Part shown: positions 38,804 to 52,800 of the stretch, in pieces
Position numbering within the stretch: position 1 is the first letter of the stretch
How the letters are laid out: each line of letters opens with the position of its first letter
Source of the DNA: Eledone cirrhosa
Taxonomy: Eukaryota
Length of the DNA stretch: 64,000 bases
Direction of reading: 5' to 3'
Assembly: GCA_964016885.1 (NCBI GenBank)
Contig: OZ024743.1
Location: forward strand, 26,288,001-26,352,000
Translations under genes and position numbers: made by a program
Notes under the pieces: generated by a model
The model's database searches: none
What the model saw: the letters and a program-made list of their open reading frames with translations, nothing else
What the model was told of the DNA's origin: nothing

Positions 38804-40699
38804 AGAATGAGAAATAATAGCCACCGGTGGATTCACAAAAGATACAGTATGGAAAGCCAGTAGAAGTTGACTGGGGTTAGTGGGTCGTTAGCTCTGTAAG
38901 GAAGTTAGGACCTTTGTAGTTGTACCTGACTAAATAGAACAGCAATGTTAGGCAACCCAAAGATAAGTAATATCAATTATTGTGGCCTCTAGCAATGGAA
39001 AATTCATCCATCTATCCTAAAAAAACGTGTACTAATAACTGATATTCACTAACATATGCAGTATAGTCAACAATGAACTATGTAAATGCAAAGAGGTTTC
39101 CTGGTCAACGTGCTGTGTTAAAAAAATATTGACTCCAACAGGCTGATTATTGAGAAATATAACAAATTATAATAAATCCCCTTACATTGTTTTTAACAAT
39201 TTACACTGACAGTAATTGGAAAACATCATGTGATCATATGGCATACCCATCACAATTGTAATAGCAATCAGTCAGATGTATGCCAATTTAAAGTGCTGAG
39301 TCAGAACTGAAATTGGTTGGATATTTTGGTCAAGGTTTACTAGAGATTCTTACTGTCACCTTCCATGTTTGCAGAGTTCATTTTAGATACTTAAGAAAGC
39401 TACTCAAAGAATATACAATGAATACACTTGATTTCCAATGGTGTTGATGCTCTGGCAAAGCATACCTAAATTGTACCATCCATCATTGATGATTATCTAG
39501 ATGTCTTTAAAATTGAGGATTTTGTTCAATGATAGCGAACATAGCTTTGGCAGTTAAGTATAAGCACTATAGCTATGGAAATGTGACTATTTAGGTCTTA
39601 GTGCCCCAATGCCTCATTCTAATAAGGATGGTGAGATAGGTTTTTTTTCTTGTGGCTGTTACAAAGCAGAGTGATATGATTAATAAGCTGAAAAATGATA
39701 TCAATAGATTAAAGCAAAAGAGGCATGTTTGATGTGTGTTTCACTCAACCCTTCCATTTTATCTCAAAACAAAAGTGAGTAGTACATTTTCCCAGTATCA
39801 AATACAACCGAGGTTTAAGATTTGATGCTACTTTCTCACAATATATAAATATTTCTGTATTTATATACAACTTATTTTAGTTTTCTTTGTATTCATTTCA
39901 ATTACTGTGATGTGTCAGAATCAATTTCAACCCTACTTGGTGGTTCTAAAAGATTAATGTGATGTAGAAACAATCATTTCAATCTTCATTTTTTAATCAT
40001 CATCATCATAATTTAACATCAGTTAGATGATCCTGACATTTTTCTTTAATTCTTTTATCAGTTTTAACTTAGTCATTGAGAGTTGGTGAGAGTTTTTGAA
40101 AATGCTGTTCAGGGTTTTTATTTGTTTTGATTTATTAGTGAGTGTTTACATATTGCTTTGTAGACATAACTATTTACTTATTTCTACCTACATATGAACA
40201 TTCTGCTTTGTTAAAAATTGAACAACCCAACACAACAGAGATAATTGTGTACTAGCTCTTGTTTTCAACTTAGCTGGTTGATTATATTTTTTCCAGGTAG
40301 ATTTATTTTTTCAAAATTCTGGTTTTATTCTAATGTTTTCTACTTTAAACGATTATTTCTAATGTGTTTTTATGATTTCCTTTCATATTTCCTGAGCTCC
40401 TGAGCACAACATGATTTTTTTTGTTTTAGTTTTTCTCAAACCATATCTACCAGTTTTTGTAGTGTTTCATATACACCCCAACACTTCTAGCTTCCATTTC
40501 ATTTGTAAAGTAAACTTTGTGTTTCTATCAAGATTCAAGAGAAGCTGAAGGCCATTCCAGATGTACAGCACATCATTGTACTCTAATATCATTATCATAT
40601 TCAAAGGAAAACATTACATTTGAATACCATCTCACATTTGAAACAAAATCTTTATTATGTTTAAGTTTTACATCTTATTTACCTTTACATGGATTTGCT

Positions 40700-40812
40700 T
40701 CAGTTGCAAACTTTACATGACATTTTACAATAGAAAAGCATATATTCTGGGTTAGAACTGCATTCACCATTTTTTTCCCAAATGTTACAGTTGTTGTTCT
40801 CATCAGTACAAG
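40700..40812 (-). CDS. ShK domain exon 5 (terminal)
   Basis: CTDENNNCNIWEKNGECSSNPEYMLFYCKMSCKVCN*. Confidence 0.9.
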
Positions 40813-43800
40813 CTGGAATGAAAGAAGTAAAAACACAAATTAAACAAAAAGCATGGCCAAAATAAAATATAGTGTGAGTGTTAGTTAATATCTTGAACAA
40901 TATTTTCCATGGAATAAATTGCAGTGGACTATTAATTACCAATAATTGCTCATGGGAAGGCAGTGGGGGAGCTCTAGCACCAAGGAACCTTGGTTCACCA
41001 ACTTAATTCATTCCTGAAGGCCGTTCGTCACCCAAAATATTTGTAAACCGAAACTATTTTTCCCATACGAAATGTTGAAAGAGAGACTGTGTGTGAAAGA
41101 CAGATAAATACCACCATAGTAACTAACTACAGAGCAAGTGATGTTTTCCCATCAATACTTCCAGCTTGTTGCTAACCATTGTTGTCGGCTTGCGTGTTCA
41201 TTACTCGATACACCATTCATCACCTGAGATGTTTTATGTTCGTAAAAAATTGTTCATGAACCGAGGTGCCACTGTATAGATATAACTTATAAGTAAATCA
41301 TTTAAAATGTCATATTTTAATACTTGGTGCTTGTTTCTAATGAAACTGTAAGATTTCCACTGTGTCAGCTAATATTAATATATTATCGATTACATAACAG
41401 GCTCCTTAGACAAAAATGTAGTTCCTAGCCCTCCAGTCCAATCAGCAATCATGTTTTTATTTATATCAAGAAATTTTTTTAACAATAAAAAACAATTTCA
41501 TTAGCTAATGTGAATAAATTATGCCTATTATAAATTTAAATCTAATATGGTTAATGTCATATGTAAAGTATATTTCCGACGCTTTGAAAAAATTCATGCT
41601 ACTTACGTTCAGCACCTATGATTTTGGTATTATTTCCACAAACATTACAGGATTTTTTGCAGTGTTTTAGCATATAGCTTGGGTTTATATTACAGTGATC
41701 AGCATTTGCCCAATCTTTACAGTGATTATTTGCATCAGAACAATCTGGAAAAATATATTAGAAATAAACAAATTTTTTCATTGACCACAGTGATACTTAA
41801 CTGATTTTTTTACAGCATTAAGTAGATAAGACATAAATCTTGTTGAGAAAGCTGGTGTATGTAGATTAGATTTTAGGTCAAGTACATTTTGTGCAGTTTG
41901 TTAAACTGAGACAGCATACTGTTAATTAATATGCCTTGTGAGACCTTAAAATATCTGCAGTGTAATATAAATATACACTTGCAGCCCATGAGCTGGTTGT
42001 CTAATACATAAACTTCAGAGCTGTTTCCCATCTGGATTAGTATAAGATTTACATCAAAACCACAAACATATGATTTATAAAGCTAACAATTATTTGTCAA
42101 GAGAACCCATAAGAGAAGGGTTTCTCAGTTACATTAGTCTGAAGCTTATACATATCTAATGTTCCTCTCAAAAAAGATTTTCAGTACCTTTAGATTTTGA
42201 AAGGAAAATGAAAATATCAAAAGATCAATCAGAGTGTATTTTCTTACCATACCACATTGGATAGTCCTAGTACACTATGTCTGGAAAAAATCAGAGCTGA
42301 AACATCTTTACTCATAGGTCTGCTCAATTAGGACTGAGCTGGGGCTAAACAACCTCTAATCAGATAAGATTGCACTAAAATAAAACAAAAGTATCCACCT
42401 CAGACAAGGAAGGATATAAATTTCATAGGAATTATAAGTTGATGATGAGATCAGGGAGCCATTCCATTGTCATTTGGCCTGCTAAAGCAGCCAAATCTCC
42501 TTCAAATTATGCCTTACCACATTGGAAAGGAAAGTACACATTGCCTAATGTAGTTGCATATATGTAACACCAAAGAAGAAGACGACCAGATTGTTATGAC
42601 TAGAAAGCCTTTGATCATAGGTCTACTCAGTCAGACAGCAGCAGCAATAACAAGAACTAAGGATTTTATTCATACCTTCTGAGACACTGACACACTAAAC
42701 CAATATTACTTGTGAAATCAACTCAAACTTAATGATTGCTTTACCTTCATTAGCTTCATTAACTTTGCATTCATTACAGGATAGTTTGCAGTTTTTCAAC
42801 ATGTATAAAGGATTTTTCTTGCATTCACCATAATCTGCCCACACTTTACAGTTTGTTTCCATATCTTTACACTCTGAAATAGATACATAGACGAAAATAG
42901 TTTAGATAGTATGAAAAGGAACAATTTACTTGTATCAAAGACATTTTGGATATTTTGGTTGCTTCTCAGTAATTTCCTTAAACTTTGATTTTTCTGTCTA
43001 TGATATTTATTGGTGGATTGGCAGTATCGGTAGAGGGTCGGACGCCATGCTTTCCAGCATAGTTACGTCCCTTTACGATCTGAGTTCAAATCCCGCCGAG
43101 GTTAACTTTGCCTTTCATCCTTACGGGGTCGATAAAATAAAGTACCAGTAATGCACTGGGTGATTGCTGGCCTTGTGCCTAAAGTAGAAACAATTATGAT
43201 TTACATTCTATGTTCAAATCCCGTTGAGGTTAGCTTTGCTTTTCATCCTTACGGGTTGATAAAATAAAGTACCAGTAATGCAGTGGGGTCGATGTAATCG
43301 ACTTTCCCATCCCCCTTCAAATTGCTGGCCTTGTGCCTAAAGTAGAAACAATTATTATTATGATAGTTAAGATATCCTTTTAATTGATTTATCATTATTA
43401 GTAGATGGCCATTATACATAAATTATTAATATACAGAAAAAAATTAGTGGAAAAAATAGAGTGGATTGGCAGAATCGGTAGAGCGTCAGACAACATGCTA
43501 TATGGCATTGGGTTACACACATTTACGATCTGAGTTCAAATCCTGTTGAGGTTAGCTTTGCCTTTCATCCTTACGAGGTCGATAAAATAAAGCACCAGTA
43601 ATGCACTGGGGTCGATTTAATCAACTTTCCTCTCCCAAAAAATTGTTGGCCTTGTGTCTAAATCAGAAAGTGTTATTATTGCTATAGTTGGATTGGCAAT
43701 ATCGGTAGAGGGCCGGACGCCAAGTTTTGCAGCATAGAGTTACAGCCCTTGACGTTCTGAGTTCAAATCCCACCGAGGTTAACTTTGCCTTTCATCTTTA

Positions 43801-46800
43801 CGGGGTTAAAAAAATAAAGTACCAGTAATGCACTGGGGTGATTGCTGGCCTTGTGCCAAAAGTAGAAACAATTATTATTGCTATAGTTATTGATTTTTAT
43901 CCTCGTTGACATCATTTTTGTTGATTACTAGTCTGGCAGAGCAGAATGGTTATATCCAAAAAGGGACAATGAAATATTTCAAATACTTTTTCTGACTTAA
44001 ATCACAAAGATATTTCCCCAAACTCTCTCAACATCAATAACATGTGTAATTGTAAATGCAAGCCATCCAGATAAGTTCAGTTATGTTGTTCTGTATAAAC
44101 CAGATCTTGTAATTTAGCAAATATTTTCCTCAATTAAGAATTCTGTCAATTAATTTCATTTTTACCATTTCAATTACATTTCTCAAAAAACATCACATTT
44201 ACACTGTTAATGTTCTTCAGAGGGGTATGAATGTCACAAAATGCCTTTTTTAGCAGCCCTGCATGTCTGAGTCTTTGTCACAAATAAGTCTAGTGTGTGT
44301 GTGCATGCATGTATGTCTATGAGGCTTATTCAAATAGACTGTTTCAATAACTTGTGTCAAAATATTTTTCTTTACCTTCAACTTTTTCTTCTTCTTTAAC
44401 GTCAACCTTTTCTTTTTCTTTTTCTTTTTCTTTTTCTTTTTCAACTTTACATACACCACAGGATTTTTCACAATTCACTAGCATATAGTTTGAATTTTTT
44501 TGGCATTCACCGCGCTTAGCCCATGTGGGACACATCTCGTGTTTGTCTTCACAAACTGTATCAACAAAAATATAACCTTTATAATGTAATTCATTTTCAT
44601 TCCCTTGAGTTGTAAACAAAGAATTGCAGCTTGTTAGGCCAATAAGATGCCAGTCTCTCATCTTGTATGGAGCCAGTGCATATCTTATCATCAGCAGTGT
44701 CTTTGGCAAAGTGGGAAACAATAGACTCTATTGCAGTCACTTTGTTGACTTCTGTAAACAATTTGCCTTTCTGAAAAGTACTTTTATATATTTACAACAC
44801 CAAGTTCAAACCTTCCCATGAACAGCCTTACAATATAGTGTGCTTGAGTAAAGCTGCTCTAAATTACTCATTACCTTAAAAGCTTATATAAAATTTAGTA
44901 ACAGTGGTCGTGTAGGTGTCACGACAAAAGGCACCCAGTCCTCACTGTAAATGAAGTTGGCATTAAGAAGGGCATCCAGTTGTAGAAAACAAGCCAAAAT
45001 CAGTTCTGTATGAGCAAGACATGGTCACCTGACCTAGTATTGCCTACAATATGACAACAACTCATCAACCCATGCCAGCATGGAAAAATGGGCATGAAAC
45101 GGTGATGATGATGAAGTGCATACAAAAGAAAAACATCAAAACAGCTGTGAATTTAAGTATGAAACTGAAAATGCATGAACGCTATTTTCAAGATCACCGC
45201 AAGTGGAAAATTAAATCAAATACAGATAAAATTCCGTTATATAACGAATACCATTATAACCAATTTTTCAGTATAATAACATTTTTTCAATCCCGAGGTA
45301 ATAAAAAACAAACGCTCGATATATTTCGGTCAATCTCGTTATAAAGAATTTTTCGTTCGTTACAACAAATTTTTTTTATACCCCATGAATTTCGTTATAA
45401 TGGAATTTCACTGTATATTAAATCTTCTAAACTTGGTAAATATTTCAATTTCAAAGAATTTGCTTACCCAATTCTTCTCCAGATTCACCTTCACCACATG
45501 GATCTGTAATAATAAATTATAACAAAAATTATTAGATAGTCAGAAACAACCAAATTGGTGATGGTGGTGGTAGTAGTAGTAGGAGTAGTAGTAGTAGTAG
45601 TTCTTGTTGTATGTATGTATGTATGTTTGTATATATATGAGTGTGTTAACTACAACTTCAAGTTTTACTTTTTAAGGTTTATTCAAATAGTCTGTTTGAA
45701 TAATTTGTGTCAAATATTTTTAGCAGCCCTGCATGTCTGAGTCTTTGTCCGGAATATGTCTAGTGTGTGCATGCATGTATATATGTAAGTATGTATACAT
45801 GTATATGAGTGTGTTGATTAACTACGACTTCAAATTTTACTTTTTAAGACTTATTCAAATAGACTGTTTGAATAATTTGTGTCAAAATATTTTTCTTTAC
45901 CTTCGACCTTTTTTTTTTCGCCAACTTTACATACACCACAGGATTTTTCACAATTCACTAACATATAGTCTGGATTTTCTTTGCATTCACCAAGTTTAGC
46001 CCATGTGGGACACATCTCGTGTTTGTCTTCACAAACTGTATCAACAAAAATATAACCTTTATAATGTAATTCATTTTCATTCTCTTGAGCTGTAAACAAA
46101 GAATTGCAGCTTGTTAGGCCAATAAGATGCCAGTCTCTCATCTTGTATGGAGCCAGTGCATATCTTATCATCAGCAGTGTCTTTGGCAAAGTGGGAAACA
46201 GTAGATTCTATTGCAGTCACTTTGTTGACTTCTGTAAACAATTTGCCTTTCTGAAAAGTACTTTTATATATTTACAACACCAAGTTCAAACCTTCCCATG
46301 AACAACCTTACAATATAGTGTGCTTGAGTAAAGCTATCTTGCCAACAACAACCTTGAGCATCTTTTTGAATTCCATGTGTCTAACACCCATGAACATGCC
46401 TACAAAGTCAGAAAACAGCACAGCTCACATGACTTTTGGAATTATTTTTTTTCATGCTCAGAGTTGCTGAAGCATAGAAAAAACTACCAGCATCAGTTGT
46501 TAGCTGTCAGGACACTGCATCCTTCAAAACATCCATGCTTCCCGAAATTCACCAATACTACACCTGATATTCCCCCTCCATACACACGCATGCATGTATC
46601 TGTGTATATAACATGACTCATACACTGTTCACTTTCCTGACATTTGTACATTATTCTATGTACTATATATGCACCTTTAATGAGTTGTAGTGCACCTGAG
46701 CACTGTACACAATAATTTTCATTATTATTATTATTAATTACTCATTACCTTAAAAGATTATATAAAATTTAGTAACAGTGTGCATATAAAAGAAAAATAT

Positions 46801-49800
46801 CAAAACAGCTGTTAATTTAAGTATGAAACTTTGAAAATACATGAAGGTTATTTTCGAGATCAACAGATGATGATGATGACCACAAGAGGAAGATTATATC
46901 AAATATATCAAGACCGTGATGGCGACATGACAAAAAGCGCCTAGCCCACACTGTAAAGTGGTTATATAGGTGTTATGGCAAAAAGCACCCAGTCCACGCT
47001 GTAAAATGGTCATGTATAGTAAAAGCGCCCAGCCTACGCTGGAATGTGGCCATGTAGGTGTCACAACAAAAAGCACCCAGTACTCACTGTAAATGAGGTT
47101 GGCGCTAGGAAGGGCATCCACCTGTAGAAATCAAGCCAAAATCGGTCTGTATGAGTATGGCATGCTCACCTGGCCTAGCATTGCTCACAACAAGATAACT
47201 CAGCTAATCCATACCAGCGTGGAAAAATTGATGTTAAACGGTGATGATGATATCAAACCCTCCAAACTTGGTAAATATTTCAATTTGAAAGAATTTGCTT
47301 ACCCACTTCTTCAGTTTCAACAGCACCACATGGATCTGTGATAATAAATAGTAACAAAAATTATTATATAGCAGCAGCTGCTGTGAGATAGTTGTAGAGT
47401 TCAGCAATAAGCAATCAAACACTGCCATAAAGATTCTTGCCATCATTGAAACAATGCAGACTTAACAGAACATGGTGGAGCTACAGACCTTTCTTTCTGA
47501 TAACCTACAACACATCCTTTCCTTTTTTACTTACCAAGCAAGTAAAAATACTTACCCCATTGCCAACAGAGAGATAAAGAAAAAATGACAGACTCGTAAA
47601 TTGGTTTATAGCTGTTACTTCAGTTATGATTATTAACATCATGTCTCTTCAGACATAACAAGGACATGACAAATTCACTTGTGCTGGTGCCACAATAAAA
47701 TGCACCCAGTACACTCTGTTGTGTGTGCTAACATGTGTAAGTGAGATTCATTCCCCAGCCTGTAAGAGATGTCAGTAACTTTAAGTATTGTCTTGATCTG
47801 TGATGATCCATCTAAAGCTTGCTGGCAAAGAAGAGAGAAGTTCTTCTTCGCCTACTTATTCCTGAGAGAGTCATGGGGGCAGAGTCCTCAAACACTCCTT
47901 CCAGCAGGTCCTATCAGAAGCAATCATTTCCAACTAACCTGGCTGGACACCCAAGCAATACAAGCCAAGCTTATGGATGTTATCCAACCATCTTGCTCGG
48001 GGTCTACCCCTGGGTCACCTGCTGGTTGGTTTTGCCAATAAAATCTGTCCAATGATTCTTTCCTGAGATATCCTAACCACATGTCCATAGTATCAGAGCC
48101 GTGATCTCTCAATTCGGAGAAGTAGCGTCTCTACCTGTGCACTCTATCGAATAATGTTACTCCAAAGGCACTTCAGAGGAACCCCATTTCGGCCGCTTGT
48201 ATTCGAAATTGTATTCTTTCAGTCATTACCCAAGATTTATAACCATAGGTAAGGGTTAACACAAATGCAAAATTGAAGGTAGTAAGTTTGGCTTTTACAG
48301 CTACCTCCCTTTTTCTGATTATTGAATGCTGAAGCTGGTGCATTACTACACCAGCTCCTGCAATTCTTGCATTTAATTCAGCCTCCTGCCTTCTATCACT
48401 CGTGAACAAGGCCCGAAAATACTTGAGCTTCTTCACCTGCTTCAGTGGAACTTCATTCACATGTAGAGTGCATTTGCACAGGCTTCTTTGAGAGGATGAG
48501 TGTCTCAGTTTTCACAGCACTGATTTTGATTCCAGCCATGCAACACTTGGTATCAAACCTATCGAATGCAAGTAGATCACCTTCTGTCAAGTTAACAGAA
48601 GTTAAACAAAAAAATTCAAATATAATAATTTATTTACCTGGGCGATAAAATCAGCAGTGGGGGAGGGTGCTCTGAAAGTACTGTAGCTAGAGTCAGAACT
48701 GGTTGGAAAAAGTTCAGAGAGCTTATACCACTATTAGCTGCTAAAGGGTTCTCACTAAAAATGAAAGGCAGGTTGTACGATGCCTGCATACGAACAGCAA
48801 TGCTGCATGGCAGTGAGACCTGGGCATTGTGTGCAGAGGATATACGCAGACTAGAGAGGAACGAAGCTTGCATGCTCCGCTGGATGTGTAACAGTAATAT
48901 ACGTGAACGGCAAAGCATAAACGAACTAAGGAAAAAATTAGAGATAAGAGGGATCAGATGTTGTTTACTCGAGAGAAGGCTACGTTGGTATGGACACGTA
49001 ATGCGCATGAAAGTCGATAGCTGTATAACAAAGTGCAGGGCAATAAAGATAGACGGTAGTCACGGAATAGGCAGACCTAGAAAAACCTGGGACGAGCTGA
49101 TAAACTCCGACATCACACACTTACACCTCTCCAAGACAATGTCACTGGACCGAGACCTTTGGCGGTACTCAGTAACAGAGAAGACCCGCCTTACCTAAAT
49201 ATATAGTAAAACCTACTCCAGCCAGTAGGCATCTCTAACAAAATACACCCCGTCCCACCACCACCACCCCCACCCGATCCACACCACCCCGTTCTATGTA
49301 AAGTTATGTTGGTGCCGCGCCATCGAGGCCGAAACAAATGAGATCGTGTAGGTGTCACGACAAAAAAACACACAGTCCACGCTGTAATGTGGCCGTGTAG
49401 GCAACACGGTAAAAACCTCCCAGACCCACACTGTAAATGTGGTTGGTGTTAGGAAGGGCATCCAACTGTAGAAAACCTGCCAGACAGTCCTATGCGAGCA
49501 AGACAATCACTCTTGCCTCAAGTGGGACTACCCCCGTCCAAACCCATGCAAGCGTGGAACACGGACGTTAAACGTTGATGATGATGATGATGATGATGAA
49601 TGGAGTAAAACTGCAAGATAGAGCCTCTGGCCATTTCTGGGCTGGAGAAGCAGATCCCTTAACCTCTTAAGGCTTGGTACTCTACCTCATTGGACCTTGA
49701 TGATACCTAGAATGAGACAATTCCACTTGTTTTTGCTTCAACTCTGGTTATCCTTGTAGCTGTGATCATTTGTGCTCTGGAAATGGCAGTCACAACAGAT

Positions 49801-52800
49801 ACAACCATGGTCTTCACTGCAGGGACCAGCAGTTTGTGTCACCTTTATGGCTGTCTATTGCCACCATTTATTTTTCCTGTATTTTAAAGCTTATTTTTGG
49901 CAGAAATCACTCAATTAGCCTTTACTACCATACATGTAGCAACTGGTCCTTCTGCTCTAAACCACCAATCTGATTGGTCTTCTCTTGACTTCCACAATGG
50001 GATAGTCCTGGAGTCATCAGGATCTGGAGGTTCTTGCAGACCCTACTCAAACATATGTTGTGTAGGCATTTGCACTCACCATGTGGCTATATGGTTGCAC
50101 AAAGGTGATTTCAGTAAATGGTCAACATTTATAATAGTATCTCTGGATCTGATCCTCATATTTCTGAGTTCCTTGTTGTATAGTAACTTGTGATCAGGTG
50201 TGGGGCACACCCATTCTGTCTATCTCCTCATTTGATCATCATTATTAAAAACCAGGCGGTGGATTGGCAGTATCAGTAGAGGGTCGGACGCCATGCTTTC
50301 CAGCATAGTTACGTCCCTTTACGATCTGAGTTCAAATCCCGCCGAGGTTGACTTTGCCTTTCATCCTTACGGGGTCGATAAAATAAAGTACGAGTAATGC
50401 TGGCCTTGTGCCTAAAGTAGAAACAATTATTAAAGACCAGGCTCGTACTTCCATACTTTGCCTCAGTAAAGAGAGCACATATCCTACCACATATCTGTCT
50501 AGGCTGCCGCCATCTGTTCTTTTGATGGAATGTGAAAAACATCCTTATTGAGAAAAAGCAGTATATCACCATTTTTCTTGTTCTTTCTTGAATAAATTTC
50601 TTGGATAATGAACCATTCATTTTATGACATATTTCTTCCTTACTTTATCTTTTGCCTGGAGTTGATGTTTTTATTTCTTTTTGGCATGCAAGGCTAGCAA
50701 AAGACAAGTTTGTGTTTTGTTGTTGATGAGGCTTTTGTTATTGACATTGAAGTTTGCCTTTTCTCTACCTTTTTCTTTTGTGCTCATCAAATTGTTTATG
50801 TTTTAATCTGATATTTTGCTTTAAAAAATGTTGGAGTCATATTCATTGCTACCACCATTGTTACTAGCACCTCCTGCTCTTCTAGATACACCCAAAGTGA
50901 ACTATTAACAAACAAAGCAAAGGCACTCCCATTAAACAATAAAAATGTTTAATGGGAGTGGACATTCAAATATTCTGAAATTTTTGTCAGTAAAGAGAAC
51001 CAAGAGAAAAAAAAAACGTTTTTTCCACGTCAACTTTGGCATGGTTTGAACTCAGAACATAAAGAGCTGGAATAAATACCACAAAGCATTTTGTCAATCC
51101 ACAATCTAATAGTAATAATTGTTTCTACTTTAGGCACAAGGCCAGCAATTTGAAGGGGAAAGGAAAATCAATTAAATCGACCCCAGTGCATTGCTTTATT
51201 TTATTGACCCTGTAAGGCTGAAAGTCAATGTTAACCTTGGCGGGATTTGAACTCAGAACGTAAAGGGCCATAACTCTATGCTGCGAAGCATGGTGTCCAA
51301 CGCTATACTGATACTGCCAATCCACTGCCCTATAAAAATGATAATAATTGCACTGGCATCAATCACGACCCTTCTCAGGAAGTTTCCCTTCTTCCTGCCC
51401 TAGGTCTCTGGTTGAAACCCAGCCAAAAAATGAAATAAAATGGAAATCAAACGAAAAACGAAATAATAATACTAATATACTTAGAACTTGAAAAACACAA
51501 ACCTGAACATTTTCTAACTGATTTTTTTATATCAAGACAGTAACATTCACAGTCCTTTCCAACATAACCATTTCTGGGACAGGTCTTTTTAGGACAATGA
51601 TCTAGAAATAAATATATATTTCAGTTTTACTCCTGCTCATATAAATCAATATTATATAGATCACTTTCAAGTACAATAGCTTTCTTTTTATTGTACACTT
51701 TATGTAATAAAATACCTATCAATGGTGATCTTGTTCAGCCACATTTGTTCATGCAAATGTTTATTTTACCCAAAGTTGATAGAATACACACTAGTATTAA
51801 AATACACAATTTCAGAATACATACTAGTACAGGATTACATAATAGTATGAGATTACATACAAAGTAGGTTGAAAAATACAACAAGTTAGCTTGAACTTCT
51901 CAACCTGCTTCAGTCATGTTACACTCTACCATCGTATAAATAAATGAATACTTTGGGCAATATAATCCACTGCCTAAAATTCTGCAATGAATGTATAAGC
52001 CCCCAAAACTTTTCATGGCAACCCAGCTTCAAGATTACACTCCAAAAGGCTTACCTATTGATTCTGTCAAATGCCTTCATGGGATCAATAAAACAATTGT
52101 ACAGATCAAACTGTTGCTCTTTACACTTCTCCTGCATCTGCCATGCAGTGAAGATCATATCTGTAGTGCCCTAATATGGATGGAAACTACAGAGATTCCG
52201 ATAGAATACTAGGTGCAACGTGCAGCAGCAGATGATTAAGAAGAATCATGGCAAAGATTTGACCAACAACTTATAGTAAAGAAGTCTCACGATAGTTGTC
52301 ACAAATATCTTTGGGATCCTTCTTGAAGTAGAAGATGAGAATTGCACCCTTCCAATCCTGTAGGACCACATCCTTCAACCACATCTGGTGGTATATGTTA
52401 TGCAGCAGATTGTTTACTTTAGGACCACTTTGTTGCAATATTTCCATCACTATACCATCCTTCCCAGATGCTTTACCAGTGTTCATTTGTCTCACTGCAG
52501 TCTTAACCTCTTCCAATGTGAGAGGATCATCAAGTTTGTTAATGACATAAACCTACTCGATAACCTCAATCATGCTGAGATTAATGAGAGATGTGTGGCT
52601 TAGGAGGTCATGGGGTAAAGACTGTAGTAGGTGGACTATATACTGCAGTTCATCATATAATGATTTAGCATCTCATATTTCTGCTGAGGATTATATATGA
52701 TGTGCTTTATTGTGCCACCATGAATCTTTTGCTGTTCAGGGTTCATGCTGCACCTGCACCTTACATTTGAAAGCCTTCTCCAACTGAGATTGACTTTTCT

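Larger units (their letters stand above)
44247..47365. repeat. Intragenic tandem duplication (mini-exon + ShK exon + introns): ~44247-45535 and ~45717-47365
   Basis: Intron 44556-44855 is nearly identical to 46036-46335. Confidence 0.9.

Noticed and set aside
43012-43100. tRNA gene candidates at SINE heads
   Set aside because: A/B boxes are present, but there is no complete cloverleaf and they continue into SINE bodies.
46915-47100. CRISPR-like repeated units (also 5165-5350)
   Set aside because: Units are degenerate tandem copies of the RTE 3' UTR motif without unique spacers; eukaryotic context, no cas genes.
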